32,000 bases of DNA, taken from positions 1,807,223 to 1,839,222 of the forward strand of contig NZ_CP030139.2 in the NCBI RefSeq assembly GCF_003846445.2, in the 5' to 3' direction. Made by a program: the position numbers and the translations under genes. A model generated the notes under the pieces. That model was not told the origin of the DNA. It saw only the letters and a program-made list of their open reading frames with translations, and did no database searches. How positions within the stretch are numbered: position 1 is the stretch's first letter; each line of letters begins with the position of its first letter. Source of the stretch: Synechococcus elongatus PCC 11801 (GTDB lineage: Bacteria; Cyanobacteriota; Cyanobacteriia; Synechococcales; Synechococcaceae). Below are positions 26,819 through 32,000 of the stretch, piece by piece.

Positions 26819-28693
26819 ATGTCGCCGACTGCTGCACCTCAAAAGCTTTCCAAAGTTGAAGATCTCAAAGCACGCAGTCACTACTTGCTAGAGCCGATTC
26901 TCAGTCAGCTTCAAGAAGAGTCGACTCACTTCAATGAAGACGGGATCCAGATCCTTAAATTCCACGGTTCCTATCAGCAAGATAATCGCGATAACCGCGT
27001 TAAGGGTCAGGAAAAAGACTTCCAGTTCATGCTGCGATTGCGCAGTCCGGGGGGCTACATTCCGCCACAGCTCTATCTCACCCTCGATCAGCTAGCTGAA
27101 GACTACGGCAACGGCACCCTGCGGGCAACGACGCGCCAAGCCTTTCAGTTGCACGGCATTCTCAAGCGTGATCTAAAAACGGTGATCCGCCGGATTGTCG
27201 AAAACCTGGGCTCGACGATCTCTGCTTGCGGCGATGTCAACCGCAACGTCATGGCACCGCCTGCTCCTTTTCGCGATCGCCCGGAATATGAATGGGCGCG
27301 CACCCACGCCAACAATATTGCTGACTTGCTGACGCCGGAGTCGGGTGCCTACTATGAGCTGTGGCTGGATGGCGAAAAAATCCTCAGCGGTGAGCCCGAT
27401 CCGGCTGTGCTGGCAGCACGGCGCAATCCCAAAGGTCGTGTGGCCGATTCAGTAGAGCCGCTCTACAGCGATCGCTACCTGCCGCGCAAATTCAAGATTG
27501 CGGTCACAGTGCCCGGCGATAACTCGATTGACCTGTTCACCCAAGACATTGGTTTGGTCGTGATCGGCAACGATCGCGGGGAACTGGAGGGTTTCAACGT
27601 CTACGTCGGTGGCGGCATGGGCCGCACGCACAACAAAGAGGAAACCTTCGCGCGCTTAGCGGATCCCCTCGGCTTTGTGCCCGCTGCGGATATCTATGCT
27701 GCTGTGCAAGCGATCGTGGCGACCCAGCGGGACTACGGCGATCGCAGCAACCGTCGCCATGCCCGGATGAAGTACCTAATCCACGATTGGGGTATCGCCA
27801 AATTCAAAGCGGCTGTCGAAGACGTGTTTGGCAAAGCGATCGCCCCCGTGCGCGAGCTACCGCCCTTCCGCTATCGCGACTATCTCGGCTGGCATGAGCA
27901 GGGCGATGGCAAGTGGTTCTTGGGTTTACCAATTACCAGTGGACGGATTAAGGATGACGGCAATTGGCAACTGCGATCGGCGTTGCGGGAGATTGTCAGT
28001 CGTTGGCAGTTGCCGCTGCTGTTGACTGGCAGTCAGGATGTCCTGATTTACGACGTTCAGCCCAGCGATCGCGCCGCGATTGATAAACTCCTCCGCGATC
28101 GCGGGGTACATACGGTTGAAGCGATCGATTCCCTGCAGCGCTACGCGATGGCCTGCCCTGCCCTGCCGACCTGCGGGCTGGCGATCACGGAATCGGAGCG
28201 AGCCTTGCCAGGGCTGCTGGTGCGAATCCGTCGCTTACTCGAAGAGCAGGGTCTACCCGATGAGCATTTCGTGGTGCGGATGACCGGCTGCCCGAATGGT
28301 TGTGCTCGTCCCTATATGGCAGAACTGGCATTTGTGGGCAGTGCACCCAACACCTATCAGCTGTGGCTGGGTGGATCGCCCGATCAAACCCGCTTGGCTC
28401 GACCCTTCATCGATCGCTTGGCGGATGGGGATGTGGAAACGCAACTGCGGCCACTCTTTGTCTTCTTCAAACAAAGTCGTCAAGCGGGCGAAAGCTTTGG
28501 CAATTTCTGCGATCGCGTTGGTTTCGAAGCACTGCATCAGTTCAGTGAGAGCTATCAGCACGATGCAGCCAAACCACGCTATCGCGTCGGATTGCGGGCT
28601 GATGTCCATGGCCGCTTGAAAGCTGAAGCTGACAAACGCGGTGTCTCGCTGACTGATTTGGCCTGTGAAGCGATCGCGGCCTACCTGCGCTAG
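26819..28693 (+). CDS. sir: Ferredoxin-dependent assimilatory sulfite reductase (siroheme/[4Fe-4S])
   Basis: MSPTAAPQKLSKVEDLKARSHYLLEPI is the N-terminus. The cluster Cys motifs are MACPALPTCGLA and TGCPNGCARPY. The ATG at 26819 is preferred over the track GTG at 26699. Confidence 0.93.
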   Translation: MSPTAAPQKLSKVEDLKARSHYLLEPILSQLQEESTHFNEDGIQILKFHGSYQQDNRDNRVKGQEKDFQFMLRLRSPGGYIPPQLYLTLDQLAEDYGNGTLRATTRQAFQLHGILKRDLKTVIRRIVENLGSTISACGDVNRNVMAPPAPFRDRPEYEWARTHANNIADLLTPESGAYYELWLDGEKILSGEPDPAVLAARRNPKGRVADSVEPLYSDRYLPRKFKIAVTVPGDNSIDLFTQDIGLVVIGNDRGELEGFNVYVGGGMGRTHNKEETFARLADPLGFVPAADIYAAVQAIVATQRDYGDRSNRRHARMKYLIHDWGIAKFKAAVEDVFGKAIAPVRELPPFRYRDYLGWHEQGDGKWFLGLPITSGRIKDDGNWQLRSALREIVSRWQLPLLLTGSQDVLIYDVQPSDRAAIDKLLRDRGVHTVEAIDSLQRYAMACPALPTCGLAITESERALPGLLVRIRRLLEEQGLPDEHFVVRMTGCPNGCARPYMAELAFVGSAPNTYQLWLGGSPDQTRLARPFIDRLADGDVETQLRPLFVFFKQSRQAGESFGNFCDRVGFEALHQFSESYQHDAAKPRYRVGLRADVHGRLKAEADKRGVSLTDLACEAIAAYLR

Positions 28694-29296
28694 GTGCGGT
28701 TCAACCGTCGTTGGCGCTATGGCCTAGGATTGTCGGCCCTGCTCATCGTGCTCGGAGTGCAGGGTCGGCAGCAATGGCAGCAGCAGCGCTGGGCAGACAC
28801 GCTCGGGATCACAGCCTCTGCCTTGCCCAGCGATCGCCTAGTGACACTGGCAGATTGGCAGCGCCGCCTTGAACCCCGACGATTTACCCCTAATCAGCAA
28901 CAACAGTTTCAGCCCTTGCTGATCCGCTTGCAGCGGCTGGGCATTGCTGTGGAGCTAGAAGCCGAACCCCACGATCGCTATGCGGGGCTGTGGTTGCCTA
29001 GCCAGCGTCAAATTCGGCTCAATCCGCGCTTGCTGCGATCGCCGACGGCTTTGCTGCACAGCCTCAGCCATGAAAGTGTTCATGTAGCCCAGAGCTGTCG
29101 GTCTAACTTTTTGTGGGGCTATAGTCCAGTTCCCCTTGGTTTGCCGACAACGCCTGCAGCACGGCAGCGGGTGGATCAAAGCTCGCTTTATCAAAACTAT
29201 CCGGGCGATCGCCGTGTGGAATATGAAGCCCACACCTATGCCCAGCAGCCTGAGCAGGTGGTGCAAATCCTCAATGAGACCTGTCCTGAGTCCTGA
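28694..29296 (+). CDS. Membrane-anchored HExxH protein (putative minimal zinc metallopeptidase), paralog 1
   Basis: GTG at 28694 directly follows the sir TAG (28691-28693). The protein has a basic N-terminus and a TM helix (GLGLSALLIVLGV), then IRLNPRLLRSPTALLHSLSHESVHVAQSC and VEYEA. The coding sequence contains three HIP1 sites. Confidence 0.6.
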   Translation: MRFNRRWRYGLGLSALLIVLGVQGRQQWQQQRWADTLGITASALPSDRLVTLADWQRRLEPRRFTPNQQQQFQPLLIRLQRLGIAVELEAEPHDRYAGLWLPSQRQIRLNPRLLRSPTALLHSLSHESVHVAQSCRSNFLWGYSPVPLGLPTTPAARQRVDQSSLYQNYPGDRRVEYEAHTYAQQPEQVVQILNETCPES

Positions 29297-29371
29297 GGAT
29301 ACACACAATTCGACTGCAGAGAGCATCTGAAAACTTGTTAGCGTAAATTGGAACCCTGATTTTGCTGGGCT

Positions 29372-30037
29372 GTGAAACGGGCTAGACCTGTAAGACGGAA
29401 TCCACCGCCTCGTCGTCGCAGGCCATCTGCTCGCTTTTTATCTTGGCAGCATGGCTTGGGTATTGCTTCAGTAATTGCTGTCTTGATTGTTCAATTCCAC
29501 GATCAATGGAAGGTGCATGAATGGCATCAAGTCTTAGGAATTTCTGATTTTGATCCACCCGGTGAACGTCTAAAAACCTTAGATGATTGGCAGATGCGTT
29601 TGGCTCCAGGGCAGCTGACTGTTGAGCAACAGCAATTGATGGGTGGACTGCTCAATGAGCTACAGCGATTGAAAGTGGATGTGGAACTAGAACCCGAAGT
29701 TCATGATCGCTACGGTGGCATTTGGTCACCGAACCAACGCCTGATCCGAGTTAATCCTAGGATGTTGCAGAGTCCCCAATCTCTTCTCAAAACCTTGAGC
29801 CATGAGAGTATTCATGTTGCTCAAAGCTGCCGCCCAAATATGATTGATGGAATGAACTCTCGACCACTGGGCTTAGCCATTGATGCGAGGGCGAAGCAAT
29901 GGGTGGATCAAAGCCCGCTTTATCAACAGTCTCCGAGCGATCGACAGGTTGAATATGAAGCGTATAGCTACGATGATCAGCCACAGTTTGTGATTCAACT
30001 GTTGCAGAAATATTGCCAGAGACCAATGGTTTTTTAA
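29372..30037 (+). CDS. Membrane-anchored HExxH protein, paralog 2 (AT-rich, HIP1-free copy)
   Basis: It aligns gaplessly with paralog 1 over 188 aa, with 100 identities by hand count. Matching segments are IRVNPRMLQSPQSLLKTLSHESIHVAQSC and VEYEA. It has a GTG start and an Arg-rich N-terminus (PPPRRRRPSAR). Confidence 0.6.
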   Translation: MKRARPVRRNPPPRRRRPSARFLSWQHGLGIASVIAVLIVQFHDQWKVHEWHQVLGISDFDPPGERLKTLDDWQMRLAPGQLTVEQQQLMGGLLNELQRLKVDVELEPEVHDRYGGIWSPNQRLIRVNPRMLQSPQSLLKTLSHESIHVAQSCRPNMIDGMNSRPLGLAIDARAKQWVDQSPLYQQSPSDRQVEYEAYSYDDQPQFVIQLLQKYCQRPMVF

Positions 30038-30053
30038 TTCAAATGTATGCACC

Positions 30054-30794
30054 TTAACAATGTATTTTGAGCCATTGAAAAGCAGCATCTAAAGTCGTGG
30101 CTTGTTGAATATTAGGTAGAACTGGACGCTCAACCATGACAACGGGCAGGCTCAATTCCCGTGCTGCCTGTAGTTTGGATGTCGTTGCACTACCCCCACT
30201 GTTCTTACTGACGATCGCGTTGATTTGATACTGCATTAGCAGCGATCGCTCGTGCTCGAGGGAGAAGGGTCCTCTTTCTAACAGGATTTCGCCAGGTGGT
30301 AACGGAGCAGCCTCGGCAGGTGGATCGATCATGCGCATCAGGAACCAGCGATCGCGCAGGTCGGCGAAAGCAGCCAGTTCCTGTCGGCCAATTGTCAGAA
30401 AAATGCGATCGCCTAAATTAGCTAACTGCTCAGCAGCCATTGCTAAGTCCGGCACAGAAATCCAGCGATCGCCAGCTTGAGGAACCCAAGCCGGTCGCTG
30501 CAAAATCAAACTGGGAATTCCGACTTGTTGCGCAGCCTCAGCAGCATTCTGAGAGATCTGAGCCGCAAAGGGATGAGTGGCATCGATCAGCAGATCAATG
30601 CTTTCAGCCTGCAGATAATCGACCAGTCCGGCAACGCCCCCAAACCCCCCAATTCGTACCGATCCAGCTGGTAAAACAGGTTGCTGGGTGCGACCTGCTA
30701 GAGAAGTTTGCACCTCAAGCTGCGGCCAATCTTGGAGCGCCGCCGCCAACCGAGTCGCCTCAGTCGTTCCGCCAAGAATCAGGAGACGGGACAT
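30054..30794 (-). CDS. cobK: Precorrin-6A / cobalt-precorrin-6A reductase
   Basis: MSRLLILGGTTEATRLAAAL...LIDATHPFAAQIS...IVSKNSGGSATTSKLQAARELSLPVVMVERP is the CobK/CbiJ pattern. The ATG at 30794 is preferred; the track ORF extends to 30872 and overlaps the upstream gene. Confidence 0.85.
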   Translation of the reverse strand: MSRLLILGGTTEATRLAAALQDWPQLEVQTSLAGRTQQPVLPAGSVRIGGFGGVAGLVDYLQAESIDLLIDATHPFAAQISQNAAEAAQQVGIPSLILQRPAWVPQAGDRWISVPDLAMAAEQLANLGDRIFLTIGRQELAAFADLRDRWFLMRMIDPPAEAAPLPPGEILLERGPFSLEHERSLLMQYQINAIVSKNSGGSATTSKLQAARELSLPVVMVERPVLPNIQQATTLDAAFQWLKIHC

Positions 30795-30799
30795 GAGCG

Positions 30800-31969
30800 T
30801 CAGCGATCGAGACGGTTGGGAATCCCTTTGCAGCCGCCGGGAATCGTCGATCGCGATCGCGAACCACACCACGAGCAGCAGTAATAGCGGGCTTCAGGCG
30901 AAAGTGCTTGCACCTCTGAAAAGTCCACGTCTTCGACGATCGCGCCAGTCCCTATTCCAGTTTCGTAATCCGGTGTCAGATTGGGCTGAGCTGGCGTTGC
31001 CGTCTCCCAATGACCGTAGAACCAGCGTGTTTGCGCCAAGTTGGCCTCGCTCAAGCGGCTGCCGGTGAGGTTGCAGCCTGCCAAATTAGCCTGACTGAGA
31101 TCGGCTTCTTGCAGATCAGCGCTCTGCAGGTCAGCACGGTTAAAGTCGATGCTGCGCAGATCCGTGGCTTGTAGGTTGCTCCCTGCCAACATCGCCAATA
31201 ACTGAATGACTGGAATGCCCTCAATGCGATCTTCGGCATAGCCGCCACTGCCATCGAGGATGGCGCGACCAAGCCGATGGTCTCGCTTCAGGGGTGTCAG
31301 CAGACGAGCATGGGAGAGGAAGCGCAGGATTTTAGCTTTGCCTTGGCCATCAACACTGCTGAGGACCGCCGCCGTTCGCCCTTCTGCCAGCATCCGCTCT
31401 AGGGGCCAGTCTTCCAGCAACCCTTCCTCGTCACTAATCAGGTCTGAAATGCCCTGAATAAAGCTGTCGATGGTTTGCGCTTGCGTGATCTGGTTTTGTT
31501 GCGTGGTCAGGCGTTTATCGATCGAATACTGTCGCCAAGCAATGATCAGTGCCACTAAGGCCAGCAGAATTTGGCCAAATGCGCCGATGATGCCTTCCCC
31601 GATCGCCCCGATCGCATCCCAGTTACCGCTGGTGTAGACGCTGATCAACGGTTGCCACAGCCCCAGCACCACACTCAGACCAATTACCGCCAAGAGCAGC
31701 CCAATCAGTGCGATCGTTTGGCGCGTTTCGGGGCGATCGAACCGGTGTTTCCAACGCTGGATCAGGGGCGGCAGCAGATGCAATCCAGCGATCGCTGCCG
31801 TAGTGATCGAAGCGATCGCCAGCAGCCAGCGCCAGCCCGTCAGCAGGCTCAGCAGAATTGCGCCGGAACCCAGCAAAAGCGGCCAAATCGGGAGCAGTTC
31901 GGGCAGTCGTGCAAACGGCCAGTAGAGCTTGAGCCGCGATCGCGGTGCATCCTCGGGAAGTAGCGTCAT
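30800..31969 (-). CDS. Membrane protein with a C-terminal pentapeptide-repeat domain
   Basis: The N-terminal half has about 4 TM helices. The C-terminal half carries A(D/N)LxX pentapeptide repeats (NLQATDLRSIDFNRADLQSADLQEADLSQANLAGCNLTGSRLSEANLAQT). Its stop lies 5 nt before the cobK ATG. Confidence 0.8.
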   Translation of the reverse strand: MTLLPEDAPRSRLKLYWPFARLPELLPIWPLLLGSGAILLSLLTGWRWLLAIASITTAAIAGLHLLPPLIQRWKHRFDRPETRQTIALIGLLLAVIGLSVVLGLWQPLISVYTSGNWDAIGAIGEGIIGAFGQILLALVALIIAWRQYSIDKRLTTQQNQITQAQTIDSFIQGISDLISDEEGLLEDWPLERMLAEGRTAAVLSSVDGQGKAKILRFLSHARLLTPLKRDHRLGRAILDGSGGYAEDRIEGIPVIQLLAMLAGSNLQATDLRSIDFNRADLQSADLQEADLSQANLAGCNLTGSRLSEANLAQTRWFYGHWETATPAQPNLTPDYETGIGTGAIVEDVDFSEVQALSPEARYYCCSWCGSRSRSTIPGGCKGIPNRLDR

Positions 31970-32000
31970 GGCAAGCTCAAGCAGCAGATTGGAAGTAGAA

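Noticed and set aside
1-32000. I searched by eye for tRNA or rRNA genes (T-loop GGTTCGAATCC-type motifs), transposase or integrase ORFs, long direct or terminal inverted repeats, and toxin-antitoxin-sized gene pairs.
   Set aside because: I found none. The only GGTTCGA match (about 11235) is inside purL, and no ORF shows DDE, tyrosine-recombinase or serine-recombinase motifs. A proper tRNAscan, Infernal and ISfinder run would be needed for certainty.

Overview
This window looks like the chromosomal replication-origin neighbourhood of a Synechococcus elongatus-type cyanobacterium. The evidence is very dense HIP1 palindromes (GCGATCGC), roughly 55-65% GC in core genes, and the gene order HAD phosphatase, DnaA-box cluster, dnaN, PRC-barrel gene, purL, purF. 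I support about 30 protein genes, mostly housekeeping: thrS, xth, cobA, cbiX-like, thrC, dnaN, purL, purF, argG, rpsF, eda-like, glyS, sir, cobK. There is also a set of small membrane or secreted proteins of unknown function. I saw no rRNA, tRNA, CRISPR array, transposase or integrase. The main non-coding feature is oriC at 8218-8480, with 11 DnaA boxes by my count. The longest ORF of the neighbouring HAD gene runs straight through these boxes. The candidates I rate most worth a second look are listed here. (1) A tandem pair of about 53%-identical membrane-anchored HExxH proteins starts on the base after the sir stop codon; the second copy is AT-rich and HIP1-free. (2) A second AT-rich islet holds an HTH protein, a small membrane protein and a terminator-like inverted repeat upstream of rpsF. 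(3) An edge-truncated gene carries four MshEN/GspE-N-like repeats. (4) The Sir protein has a ribbon-helix-helix-like C-terminal tail. (5) Three small membrane/coiled-coil genes (unknown, YtxH, DUF948-like) are chained by ATGA overlaps. All family assignments are from reading motifs by eye. No database search was run, and all counts given are hand counts.
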